Shown: positions 24,304-37,229, counted from the first letter of the stretch. The stretch: DNA of 64,000 bases from Octopus vulgaris (GCA_951406725.2 OX597821.1:23932001-23996000), one strand, 5' to 3'. The notes: generated by a model from the letters alone, not told the origin. Program-made: numbers and translations.

Positions 24304-25980
24304 CTCCACATATATAGACAGTGTACAAATCTATTTTATACTACTAACTACCACTATAATCAACAATATCTGAAACAATTATAGTTTACTTTCCAACTGC
24401 AAGGTTCTAGGTTCTGTCCCACTGCATGGCAACTAGGGCAAGTGTCTTCCACTGTTGCCCCAGGCCAACAAAAGCCTTGGAAGTGGATTTGTTACACAGA
24501 AACTGAAAGAAACTTGAGATATATATATATCAGCAATAACAAGAGATGCATTGTGGTTCACTACCATTGTTTCAGATATGTTTTTTATTAATGAACATTA
24601 GTGTTACATCATGTAAAAAAAACCCATTTTGATCAGATGAATACAGGCAAGAATTAACAATTAGAACTTCTCAAGAACAAGTACATAGCATCAGATGACT
24701 CTACCAGCACAAATTTGGTCAGTGAGTCCATCTATTGTTATTTCTTTATCCTTTACCTAACTTGGAACTGCAATTCGTTTGGGTCTAAAGTCTACAGACA
24801 ATGGTGCAATAGGTGCAGTGAGTGTACTATGTGTGACCTTGATGACTTGTGTATATAGTCAGTCGTTTGTGAATGTATGCACAACCGGAGAGCATTATTA
24901 TGGAGGCTAGGAAGACGAGCTTATGAGAGGAAACAGGTATAAAAACATGTTGTCTTTAGGAAGGAAATGGGCAGAAAGATAGATTCCCTTTCGTCACGTG
25001 TCAGCGAAGAGAGAGTCAAAGAGGAAGAGTGAGAGAGAGGGAACGGTGAAGAGGAGAGGAGAGGAGAATAGGGAAGGGTGGGAGAGAAAACCAGAAAGGA
25101 TGAAGAACAAGAGAGGGAGAGAGAGAGACAGAGAAGAGATAATAGAGATAGAAGAGTGCGCATCATGATTATTAAGATAAAACTTACTTTGAAAAGGATG
25201 TGTGGCATTCAATCATATTATAATATAAATTTTATATAATAATTTTTCTATCATCTTGTCTTAACAGCCCTCACCATTTGTTCTCACTGTCCCGTTCTTG
25301 TTACCACTTTCATTCTCTGCAAAAAGTCCCAAATTTTATTTAATTTGCTTAGCGGGAAGAACTGTTTCAACAAAATTGTGTATTGTCATTGCCTTCGAAA
25401 CGTGGAGTAGATGAAACAGGGACAACTGATGAAGGGGAATATTCTTTATGTTGCATGTCTCGTTTCTCTGTTTGTTTTTCCGCTGTTCGAAAAAAGTTTG
25501 TTTTCTATGTTTTTGTTTCTCATTGTGTTTAACGTTTTTTTTTATGTCCTAGGCATGGCTGTGTAGTAAGAAGCTTGCTTCCCAACCACTTGGTTCCAGG
25601 TTAGTCCTGCTGTGTGGCACTTGGGTAAGTGTTTTCTACTATAGCCTTGGGCCAACCAAAGACTTGTGAGTGGATTTAGTAGATGGAAACTGAAAGAAGC
25701 CTATCGTATGTGTGTGAGTGTGTGTATTCATGTATGTGTTTGTCCCTGCATCACCACTTGACAACTGGAGTTGGTGTCTCTTTTACTCTTTTACTTGTTT
25801 CAGTCATTTGACTGCGGCCATGCTGGAGCACCGCTTTTAGTCGACAAATCGACCCCAGGACTTATTCTTTGTAAGCCCAGTACTTATATCGGTCTCTTTT
25901 GCCGAACCGCTAAGTTACGGGGACGTAAACACACCAGCATTGGTTGTCAAGCAATGCTAGGGGGACAAACACACACACAT

Positions 25981-26049
<69 letters not shown>

Positions 26050-26395
26050 TATATACAACAGGCTTCTTTCAGTTTCCGTCTACCAAATCCACTCACAAGG
26101 CATTGGTCAGCCCGGGGCTATAGCAGAAGACACTTGCCCAAGATGCCACACAGTGGGACTGAACCTGGAACCATGTGGTTGGTTAGCAAGCTACTTACCA
26201 CACAGCCACTTCTGCATAACCTAGCAGTTTGGCAAAAGAGACAGGCAGAATAAGTACTAGGCTTAAGGAATAAGTCCTGGGGTCGATATGTTGAACTAAA
26301 ACATATCAATGATTGAGCTGTTGGACACTTGTAACCCACAATGCTAGTGTTCACCAAATGTGATATAAATCATATCATCATCAAAATCTTTTTGT

Positions 26396-27640
26396 GGATC
26401 TTTTCTTTTTGAATGGCAGATCAAGAAATTAATTTTTTGTAACTAAACACTTTCGAACTTCAGACACTGGAAGAATGTGTCATATAAAACATCTCTTACT
26501 CTTAGTGTTGTTGAGAAAAGTTTCTATTTTCAAAGTCATTTCGTGTTAAAGTTGTCGTATTTCGGTAATTTCAACCAATCAATGATGTGTATTCAGCTGA
26601 ATAAAATTACTGCCGTTGCTTGTCAAAAACAACTATTGGTGGTGTATAGTTCATTTGTCACTGTTATTTATGACATCGTTTGTGCGTTTGTACTGGTTTT
26701 AGCTTTAGGGTTTCGGGGTTAGGGTTAGAGTTTTAGAGTTAGGGTTAGGGGGTTAGGGTTTCAGGGTTAGGGTTAGAGTTTTAGAGTTAGGGTTAGGGTT
26801 TTAGAGTTAAGGTTAGGGTTTTAGAGTTAAGGTTAGGGTTAGAGGGTTAGGGTTTTAGGGTTAGGGTTAGGGGGGTTAGGGTTAGGGTTATAAAGTTAAG
26901 GTTAGGGTTATAGAGTTAAGGTTAGGGTTTTAGAGTTAAGGTTAGGGTGTTAGGGTTAGGGTTTTAGAGTAAAGGTTAGGGTTTTAGGGTTAGGTTTAGG
27001 GTTTTAGAGTTAAGGTTAGGGTTAGAGGGTTAGGGTTTTAGGGTTAGGGTTACGGTTTTAGAGTTAGGATTAGGGTTTTAGAGTTAGGGTTTTAGAGTTA
27101 GGGCTAGGGTGTTAGGGTTAGGGTTTTAGAGTAAAGGTTAGGGTTTTAGGGTTAGGGTTAGGATTGGGGTTTTAGGGTTAGGGTTGCAGTTTTAGGGTTA
27201 GAGTTACGGAAAAAAGTGAAATGAAGAAAATGGAGGTAGGGGGGCAAAAAAGTATTTCCAAAAACAGTAGCTGAAACACAGGAAAAACAACTAAAAGCAA
27301 TAGAAATGCACGAACGATTATGGTGGTGCCATGAAGTAAACATGCTTCAGATACACTCGTTTATTCATACAAACGTAACTGAGATGAAATATGTCATAAA
27401 TAACAGTGACAAACGAAATATACACCGCCGGAAGTTGTTGACAAACAATAGCAGTGATTTTATTCAGCTGAATACACGTCATTGATTGGTTGAAATTACC
27501 GAAATACGACAATTTTAACACGAAATAACTTTGAAAATAGAAACTTTTCTCAACAACACTAAAAGATGTTTTACATGACACATTCTGCCAGTGTCCAAAG
27601 TTTGAAAGTATTTAGTTACAAAAAATTAATTTCTCGATCC
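26396..27640. mobile_element. Non-autonomous DNA transposon with ~250-bp inverted arms enclosing a telomere-like array
   Basis: GGATC...GATCC termini. Flanks CTTTTTGT / CGTTTTGT (7/8 match, putative 8-bp TSD). Arms 26419-26676 and 27391-27640 are reverse complements. Confidence 0.85.
26705..27206 (+). repeat. Interstitial degenerate telomeric array (TTAGGG with TTAGAG/TTAAGG/TTTTAGAG variants)
   Basis: About 500 bp of TTAGGG-type units with a recurring ~20-bp higher-order unit GTTAAGGTTAGGGTTTTAGA. Confidence 0.95.
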
Positions 27641-29175
27641 CGTTTTGTAATATTTTTGTCATCATTAACAAATATTTTTATTACATTTTTATCATATTAT
27701 CATCAAAATCTTTCCCTATTTTTATTTTCTCATAATCAAATATCACATTGTCATCCAAATTTTTTCATATTTTCGTATGATCCTCATCAAATATTTTCTC
27801 ATATTTTTATCATTTCTTCATTTACAAACATTTTCATCACCTCTTTTATCACAAAAAAGCAATTTATTTGTCTGCAATTAAAAAATGAAAATAGCTGAAT
27901 AAACTGGAGCAGTGTCCAACATTAAATCACCTCTCAAATGACCCACAATTCCTTCTGTAGAACAAGAATTAAATCACTCAAATAACGACGACAATAGCTG
28001 TTCAAATCTAAAGAACACAAAACAAACACAAAATTATCCATAAAATATAACTGTAACCCATACACAACTTAAAAAGAAAACTGAAAACTATAGTTTCATC
28101 CAGCCCTTGTTTTCTTTTTCCTTGTTTCAGCAAGATCCATAATAACGATTACTGTTATCGCCAACGATACCACCACTACCATCATCACTGCCATTGCTGC
28201 TGCCACCACCAACAACACCACTACCAGCACCACCACTGCTGGCCCCCACCAGCACAGCCCTGCTGCCAATATCAACAAACATTGTCAACAAGAGCAGAAA
28301 AATAGCAGTTGTCACATTCTCGCCAAGTCCGTTGAGCTAGCTTTCATTGAAGCTGCCATCTAAATCTACAGATGTAGAGACATACCAAACAGTGGACAGA
28401 GTGCAATATGTCAAGAATGTCACAGTGCACCCCATGCAAATCATCACTGCATGTCAGAGAGTGCAGTATGTGAAGCAGGAAGAACTAACATCAAAAGTTT
28501 GATTTGGCTTTGACTAATTAAATATTCTTTTCTACTCTAGGCAAAAGGCCCGAAATTTTTGGAGAGGGGGGGGGCCAGTCGATTAGATCGACCCAGTATA
28601 CAACTGGTACTTAATTTATCGACCCTGAAAGGATGAAAGGCAAAATCGACCTTGGTGGAACTTGAACTCAGAACAGACGAAATTCCTATTTCTTTATTGC
28701 CCACAAGGGGCTAAACATAAAGGGGACAAACAAGGACAGACAAACGGATTAAGTCGATTACATCGACCCCAGTGCGTAACTGGTACTTTATTTATTGACC
28801 TCAAAGGATGAAAAGCAAAGTTAAACTCGGTGGAATTTGAACTCAGAACGTAAAGACAGACGAAAAACCGCTAAGCATTTCGCTCGGCGTGCTAACGTTT
28901 CTTTTCTACTCTAGGCACAAGGCCCGAAATTATTATTTTTTTTGTCGGGGTGAGGGGTGGATGTCAATTAGATCAACCTCAGTACGCAACTGGTACTTAA
29001 TTTATTGACTCCGAAAGAATGAATGGCAAAGTCGACCCCGGCGGAATTTGAGCTCAGAACAAAGACAGACAAAATACTACTAAGCATTTTGCCCGGCATG
29101 CTAACGAGTCTGCCATCTTGCCACCTTTGACTAATCAATTACTGATTAGTCAAATAATAAAACAATACTTTCAAG

Positions 29176-29601
29176 GGATCTTTTCGGTTTGAACGGCAGT
29201 TTTTTCTAGCAGTGTCATATGAAATTGTCACCATAATTATGACCCTAGTATCAATCTATTGCATTTCAATCTGTTAGGGTTAGAGTTAGGGGTAGGGTTC
29301 GGGGTGGGGGAATGGTATCTTTTTTCTTTAGAAATGTAAATAAACCCAATCTGTTTCTTAAACGAGGGACATATTCATACGGCACAGAATGTTTTCACCT
29401 CAATAGAGGTCATTGATTGGTTGAAATTGCAGAAATTGAAGGAAAAAAAACAACAAATATCTTACAAACTATAGAATTTTCTCAATAAAGCCAAGAGAAA
29501 AAGATATTTTATAAACACATTCTACCAGTATACGAAGTTTAAAAGTGTTTAGTTACATGGAAATTATTTTTAAAAAACTGCCGGTCAAACCAAAAAGATC
29601 C
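29176..29601. mobile_element. Short relative of the telomere-repeat transposon (MITE)
   Basis: TIR GGATCTTTTCGGTTTGAACGGCAGTTTTTT / AAAAAACTGCCGGTCAAACCAAAAAGATCC. Perfect 8-bp TSD CTTTCAAG. Internal TTAGGGTTAGAGTTAGGGGTAGGG. Confidence 0.88.
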
Positions 29602-29669
29602 CTTTCAAGCTGGAACCTAGACTGAAAGATAAGTGAATTGAAGTAATTTACGACACTGTAACACAATAC

Positions 29670-30125
29670 AGAGGATGAGATAAACTTCCAACTGGATATA
29701 ACAACAGGCCATCACAAGTAACATTTCCCCAGATCATAAGCTGACATCTATAACTACTAAGTGGACTGAGGCAAAATAAAATATAGCATACTACCTTGTG
29801 ATATTGCGTTAAAAAAATAAATCTACTCCTGGATGTGATGATATTCCATCACAGACATATTCCCAGATGATATGGTAGCACCTATCCCTGGTGACAGTTA
29901 ACAGAGGTAATTAGAATACAGTGTACAGATTAGTGATACTGTAATGAAAGATAAATTTCCTCCGGGATATGACAAGACCCAACACAGACAGCATTCTCCA
30001 GAGCATCAATAAATACTGACTGTTAATAAGTTAACTGAGAATAATAAGAATAACGTGCACTATTTCATGAAATTGTAATTCTGGATTTGACAACAGTCAA
30101 AGACAACAGAGTCCCAGATGACCCA
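29670..30125. repeat. Highly diverged tandem repeat, ~130-bp period, about 4 units
   Basis: ATAAA.TT....C.GGAT.TGA.AA....CA..CA....T..CCAGA recurs near 29678, 29817, 29950 and 30080. Confidence 0.5.
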
Positions 30126-30860
30126 GTCGTATCTATTATTTCTATTGGTATAATATCCTGCCCCAGAAACACCACATAGTGGTTGATAAGTATGCCTTAA
30201 CCCTTTAGCATTCAGATTATTCTATCAAATATAATTTGCGAAATTTATCTGTGCGCAGGGTGTGCCTGTTTTTTTTTTTTTCGTTCATATTGTTTTGAAT
30301 TTACCAGTCAGTTTGAACATAAAAGAGAATATCTGGGCTGGATATGGCTGAGTTAAATGCAAAAAGGTTAATATATTGCCAGTTAAAAATTGTAAAAGGT
30401 GAACAAGTTTTTCAACTAATTAATTAAAATTTAATTGCATTTTTTCCTTCAAATTATGGAACACCGAGTAATAGTTTTGTGATATTATACAATGAAGCAA
30501 ACATGTACCACGCTATAATATGTGAATGCTATTTTAAAGTACTCATCAGTTATACAGTGCTCCCACTTAGAACAGTGTGATTACTTTTCTTATGATTCAT
30601 CCAATGAGTAGTTTTTTAAGAGGCATTGACATTATGTACTTGAAATTGGGGGATAATAGTCTGCGAAGCTACTCAGCAACAGACAAAATATATTTTTTAA
30701 TAAGACGAATGGAGCTATATGAAATGAAATGCCTTGCCCAAGGGCATACATCACACCACAATCCTGGAATCAAACTCATGGCCTTACTATATTGAGTCCA
30801 ACAGTCTACCTACTAGACTATATGCCTTCACATTTATTGTGGTACTTATTTATAAGTAAA

Positions 30861-31233
30861 CTAGCAGTATCGCCCGGCGTTGCTCGGGTTTGTAAGGGAA
30901 ATAACTATATAAGCGTTTTTAGAGATGTAAAATATAATAGCCATCTCAATATGGCTAACCACAAAGGGGGGTGTTACTGTAGCTTTTTACGTTCTGAGAT
31001 TTAATAATAAATTTTTAGAGAGTTACTTCCTTTATATATGCCAAAAATGCATTAAAAATGGGGAAAATTGATGGTAGACTCATCGTAGACGCGCGCTAAT
31101 ACCCAGAAGGGCTCGATATGAATCACGACTATAAGATACCCACTTTTGGTTACACTGCACCGCAAAATGTGGGAGTAGTTAGGAATCTAAATCGTAGGAG
31201 ACAGACACACAACTTCACTTTTATATATAAAGA
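30861..31233 (-). mobile_element. Non-autonomous Helitron
   Basis: Minus strand A|TCTTTATATATAAAAG...CCCGAGCAACGCCGGG hairpin...CTAG|T. Shares internal sequence with 45130-45506. Confidence 0.85.
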
Positions 31234-32370
31234 TGAACTGAACATCCTCATAGTAACAGCTAGGTAGAATTGGCTGCTATATGATACTCCTTTACAGCCA
31301 AGTAAGTTAAACCTCCACATGGCGCCTTTTTACAGTTAAGTATACTGGTGCATTTCAGAATTAAGGTTGCTGGTTGTGTACACAGAATCTAAACTCTTAT
31401 CAACATGACCAATTGCAGCTGATTATAGATGACACAGAAGAACAATGTCTGTGAGGTGCTGAACTACTAAGCCTATGCTCATAAGTTTAAACCTTAACAC
31501 TATACCAGTCATTATATTTGTGTCCCTAAGTAAAGCACATAACATTATTTGATCAAGTTTAACTGACTGAACAGAAATTTGAGATGGTGGGTATGAGTGG
31601 TGTCAGTACAGATCAAAAGTGAACTTTCTTAATTTAACATCAAAATTGTGGTGGAACTTTCTCAAATTTTTTTTTTAGGCAACCTTTAATATAATCTTGG
31701 ATTTTTTTTTTTTTTTACTGTTACCAGAGTCATCTTGGGTGCTGCCAGACTATGTCACTTTGGTATGTGATGCATGAAATGATACTTCACCTTCATCTCT
31801 CTCTCACTCTCTCTCTCTCTCTCTCTCTCTCTCAATGATGAGACATACATTTCTTGCCTGTCGAACTCTGACAAACTTCAAAATGGCAAGCACAACACAA
31901 TGCTGCTATTTTTAGTAGAAGAAGCAACCTCATTGACATCCACTCACTAAAATTTTTCTTAGTGGCATCTCTCTCTCTCACACACACACACACATACACA
32001 ACTTCAAACAGGGACTGCTCCTTGTTTCACAGTTGTGATAAGAAGGGGGCATCATTCCAGCTGTAAAAACATGTCCCTCATCTGTCTCATAGTTGAGTAC
32101 TTAAAGGTGGAAGGGTGATCCTCAAGCTATTAATACAACTACACTAGGCATCAAACCATCTCATCCATGCAGGCAGGTTCAAAACAGATGTAAAACAGTA
32201 TTAAAAAGAAAAAAAGATAAAATATTGTAAGTTATGGATTAACTTTTAGACGTTAATGTAAATAAAATCTAGTAGAAAACTACATTATATTACCTAATTT
32301 GAGAGATGATGAGATGGTAGGATAATTAGTAACCTAGTTTACAAACAAACAATATATACATGACCAGTGT

Positions 32371-32750
32371 GGAGGCGCAATGGCCCAGTGGTTAGGGCAG
32401 CGGACTCGCGGTCATAGGATCGCGGTTTCGATTCCCAGACCGGGCGTTGTGAGTGTTTATTGAGTAAAAACACCTAAAGCTCCACGAGGCTCCGGCAGGG
32501 GATGATGGTGATCCCTGCTGTACTCTTTCACCACAACTTTCTCTCACTCTTACTTCCTGTTTCTGTTGTACCTGTATTTCAAAGGGCCGGCCTTGTCACT
32601 CTCTGTGTCACGCTGAATATCCCTGAGAACTACGTTAAGGGTGCACGTGTCTGTGGAGTGCTCAGCCACTTACACGTTAATTTTACGAGCAGGCTGTTCT
32701 GTTGATTCGGATCAACCGGAACCCTCATCGTCGTAACCGACGGAGTGCTT
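32371..32750 (+). mobile_element. tRNA-derived SINE family C, full length
   Basis: tRNA-like head with A/B boxes; tail CGTCGTAACCGACGGAGTGC shared with the SINE at 7345-8180. Confidence 0.88.
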
Positions 32751-33765
32751 CCACTTGACCAGTAGGGCAGTGAGCTGGCAGAACTGTTAGCAAGCCAAGC
32801 AAAATGGTCGTCAGTATTTCACCATCTTTATGTTCTGAGTTCAAATTCTGTCAAGTTTGAATTTGCCTTTCATTCTCTTGGGGTCAATAAAATACATACC
32901 AGTTGAGCACTGGGGTCAATGTAATTGATTTAGTTCCTCCCTTAAACTTGCTGGCCTTAAGCCAAAATTTGACCAGAGTCCAGTTACTTGCTGTTACTGT
33001 TTTTTTCATCAACTCAAATTAGTATTTAAAACTGATTCTCACCCATTTTTGTTCCAGGTTCCACTAAAATTTTCTGCAAAACTTTGTATTCTCCACCATG
33101 AACAAAGTTAATATATAGCATATAGCATGCACAATTATATCTATCTCCCATGCTGGGGCAAACAAATCAACCTCAATACTTATAAGTTTTGTTTTTTTTT
33201 TTGTTTTATTTTCAATTTTTTAAAGCCTGGTACTTATTCTATGAGTTTCTTTGTTTAGTTACATAGGCATAAATAAACCAAAAGCAGTTGTCAAGCACCG
33301 GGTGTGAGGACAAATACAGATACAAAGACACAAACATAGACATATCTGCAGATATATATTCATCTTAACTACCTCTCCTCATCCACATAACCAGCACTCC
33401 ATCTGGATTACCACTGGAACTTTGTACATGTTTGGACTCTACCTCCATGGATCTTATTGGCTATTTTCATTGATGTAAATTGCTGTAATCTACCACAACT
33501 TTTAAACTTTCTGAACTTTCAAATTCTGTATGTTAAATAACTTTGCCATTTTCTCTCCATTTTAACTTTTTTTTTTTCCTCTTTTCCTCCTTTTTTCATT
33601 TTCTGTGACTTTTTTCCTCTTAATCCTTTCTGTCAAAGAGCATAGGCTCGAAACGTAAAAGACTTTTCCATTCTTCCTGAGCGTTAAACTACTACACCTG
33701 CAAGTTGTTCCTACACCTGTGTTTATCTTTAATTTCCTTTAAATTTGAACTATATATATATATAT

Positions 33766-33810
<45 letters not shown>

Positions 33811-34076
33811 GAGACAAACATACAGAGAGAGTGCCTATGTGACATCAAGTAAAAGCACCCATGCAACGCCATGTAAAAGCACCCGTATGATGTCATGTAA
33901 AAGTACCCAGCACACTCTGTAAAGTGGTTGGCATTTGGAAGGGTATCTAGATGCAGAAGCCATGCCAACCAAATACGACTGGATTCTGGTGCAGCTCTCC
34001 AGCTTGCCAGCTCTGGTCAAACTATCCATTCCATGCCAGTATGGACAACAGAGATTAAGTGATGGTGATGATGATG

Positions 34077-34120
<44 letters not shown>

Positions 34121-34215
34121 CAGGCTTCTACACAGTTTCCATCAACCAAACTCTTTCACAAAGGTATTGGTTGGCCCAGGGCTACAGAAGTTCTTAACTA
34201 TACACCTATGCCTGC

Positions 34216-34248
<33 letters not shown>

Positions 34249-34249
<1 letters not shown>

Positions 34250-35741
34250 CATGGAAAAATGTGAGCAAGAGAAATAATATTCTTAAGATTATAAACCCGG
34301 AAAAGTACAGGACTAGTTATAACACTTGGAAAAATTCAGGACAACTTATTACATCCAGTAAAGTACAGAACAAAAAAATTTTTACTTAAAATATTACAGC
34401 TAAGGATAAAGTTTCAAATAAAATATTTAAATTTACAAAATATTAGCTTAGATTAAAACTAAAAATTTTATTACAAATTATTACTTCTATTTGTTATTAC
34501 TTGTTTCTTCTATTAAAAATAAAAAATAACTCAAAATATTTTTTGCACTTTAAAAATATTCATTTTTTTAATTATTAGGTGCAGGAGTGGCTGTGTGGTA
34601 AGTAGCTTGCTTACCAGCCACATGGTTCTGGGTTCAGTCCCACTGTGTGGCACCTTGTGCAAGTGTCTTCTACTATACCCTCGGGCCGACCAAAGCCTTG
34701 TGAGTGGATTTGGTAGACGGAAACTGAAAGAAGCCCGTTGTATATATGTATATATATATATATATATATGTGTGTGCGTGTGTGTTTGTGTGTCTGTGTT
34801 TGTCCCCCTAGCATTGCTTGACAACCGATGCTGGTGTGTTTATGTCCCCGTCACTTAGCGGTTCGGCAAAAGAGACCGATAGAATAAGTACTGGGCTTAC
34901 AAAGAATAAGTCCCGGGGTCGAGTTACTCGACTAAAGGCGGAGCTCCAGCATAGCCGCAGTCAAATGACTGAAACAAGTAAAAGAGTAAAAGATTATTAA
35001 TTAAGAATTAGAAATTTGAAAATAGATTATAAAAAATCATAGTAGTACATAATTAGTTAGTGCAATAAACAGAATAATACGAAAATTAGTTATATATTAA
35101 TTACAGTAAAGTGTACCTATAACAAATTCACAATAAAATTTGCTTGAGTTATTTCCTAAGTTATTGCCAAGTCTTCACATTTTTCGTCTTGACCCAATGC
35201 CTATTTTTTAAAAAATGAATTTGCCTACCATATATACTATCTGCTTTGCATAAAACTTTAGCTACATTGGTACTTCTGGTTCTAATTTTTTAAGTATTCT
35301 AGTGTGTCAATATTTTAGCAAAATGATGGTACCTTCCTTAACCCTTTCATTACTGTATTTATTTTGAGATGCTCTGTGTTTCTTTCAATTATTTTAAATA
35401 TAACAAAGAATTTAGTAAAATAACATCGTTCTTATTAAGCTAGTGCTAGGAACATAAATTGTGACTAAGATTTGGTGGAAGATTTGAATTCAAAACTTAT
35501 GAAAACAAGACATTCATACTAAAGAGCCAGAGCCGGTTTCAGCGAGGTTGGTAACGAAAGGGTTAATTATAATGTTACTCTGTAAATTAAAATCAAATAA
35601 TTTTTAATATTCAAATTTTTATCCTTAGCAAGAAAAAATTTCCTTGTTCTGTACTTTAACAGACATAATAACTTGTCCTGTACTTTTCCAGTTTTATACT
35701 CTTGAGAATATTATTTCTCTTGCTCGCATTTTTCCATGTCA
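34249..35741. mobile_element. Old fold-back/TIR element (~190-bp degenerate arms) with nested SINE A and piggyBac MITE
   Basis: ACATGGAAAAATGTGAGCAAGAGAAATAATATTCT... pairs with ...AGAATATTATTTCTCTTGCTCGCATTTTTCCATGT. Confidence 0.7.
35342..35562. mobile_element. piggyBac-type MITE, second family
   Basis: TTAA|CCCTTTCATTAC...GTAACGAAAGGG|TTAA. Confidence 0.85.
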
Positions 35742-36533
35742 TCCATATTTTTTTTTTTCCAGGATATGCTATTATGCTAATTAATAATGTGTCAAATGTG
35801 TCAATTAACGGTGTCATTGATAATATTTTCTTTACCTCAATGTTGTCGGTGACATATATTAAAAGTCCCCTTATTTTTTTTTTTTTTTATTTATTTATCT
35901 AGTTTCAGCTCACTAGCTGTGGCCATGCTGGGGCTCCGCCATTTGGTGTTGCTACATGGTTTTACTTCACGAATGCTTTTTAGCAATTGCCATTTGGTGC
36001 ATGAGAGAGTTATAGTTCATAAAAAAGTATAGAACTATATTATCACCCTCAAATTTGAGAAACAAATACACATAACTCTTTTCTTTTAAAACTTCATTGC
36101 ATGAGAGTGCATGAGATAGAGACCATGAAATCCCTCAAATTGAGCTCTAGCATTTAAACTTAATTCAAATATAGTTTGTTTTCAAAATAAAATGTTAATT
36201 ATACTTCAATCCAATTTTTTGCTTACTAATATTTTTTTCCATGATATTTTACCTCACAACTTTTTTGATACAAATTTTTGTTGCATGGGACCAACACTAT
36301 GAAATTCTTAATGCTTTCCTCTATCTATTTTGCTTTTGAAATAAACCTGATTGATGGTGTTACTTACTCTCCTGTGATGTTGCTACAAATTTTGATGAAA
36401 ACTTTTCTCTACTGGATCAAATCTCAATTTTTTTTTTTTTTTTTTGCCAATATGTAGTTAGGGACAAGTCCTCTTCAAAAATGTAAACAGTTTTCAGTTT
36501 GATTAAGAGCTGAATTAGCAACAGCTCTGAAAG

Positions 36534-36577
<44 letters not shown>

Positions 36578-36580
<3 letters not shown>

Positions 36581-36731
36581 AATGTAATATGTGACAATTA
36601 TTTGGTAGCCATGATAAAACTCCAAGTTTCGGATGTCGGGGTGGAAATCCAGGATTTTTTCCAATGGCCGGATAAATGAAGAGTTGGAGATTTATCATGG
36701 CTACCAAATAATTGTCACATATTACATTTAC
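36578..36731. repeat. Inverted repeat with ~45-bp arms
   Basis: TAAATGTAATATGTGACAATTATTTGGTAGCCATGATAAA pairs with TTTATCATGGCTACCAAATAATTGTCACATATTACATTTA. Confidence 0.8.
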
Positions 36732-37229
36732 AGATAAATTCCTCTATTAACATAATATCGAGGTCTCTTTCATTCTTTTGTTGTCTTACCATTTCTATCA
36801 AAATATATATCTCTTTTACTCTTTTATTTGTTTCAGTCATTTGACTGTGGCCATGCTGGAGCACTGCCTTTAGTTGAGCAAATCGACCCCAGGACTTATT
36901 CTTTAGAAGCCTAGTACTTATTCTATCGGTCTCTTTTTGCCAAACTGTTAAGTTACGGGGACATAAACACACCGCCTTCGGTTGTCAAGCGATGTTGGGG
37001 GGACAACACAGACACACAAACATATACACACAGACTTACATACACACATATATATATATACATATATACAATGGGCTTCTTTCAGTTTCCGTCTACCAAA
37101 TCCACTCACAAGGCTTTGGTCGGCGCGAGGCTATAGAAGAAGACACTTGTCCAAGGTGCCACACAGTGGGAATGAACCCAGAACCATGTGGTTGGTAAGC
37201 AAGCTACTTACCACACAGCCACTCCTGCG

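Noticed and set aside
25310-25440. Hammerhead candidate (CGAAACG...CTGATGA)
   Set aside because: I could not build consistent stems, and the cleavage triplet is broken; at best a decayed motif.
26705-27206. True telomere or chromosome-fusion scar
   Set aside because: Single orientation, heavily variant units, enclosed by TIRs with a TSD; no head-to-head TTAGGG/CCCTAA junction.
28096-28315. Apparent signal peptide + Gly/Ser-rich small protein (MTTAIFLLLL...)
   Set aside because: The ORF starts at GTG, not ATG. The sequence is degenerate (CAC/CAG/CAT)n low complexity like 19230-19550, with no splice support.
32371-32445. tRNA-like sequence (also the heads of SINE families A and D)
   Set aside because: It continues into a SINE body and is multicopy, with no proper acceptor stem or terminator; not a tRNA gene.
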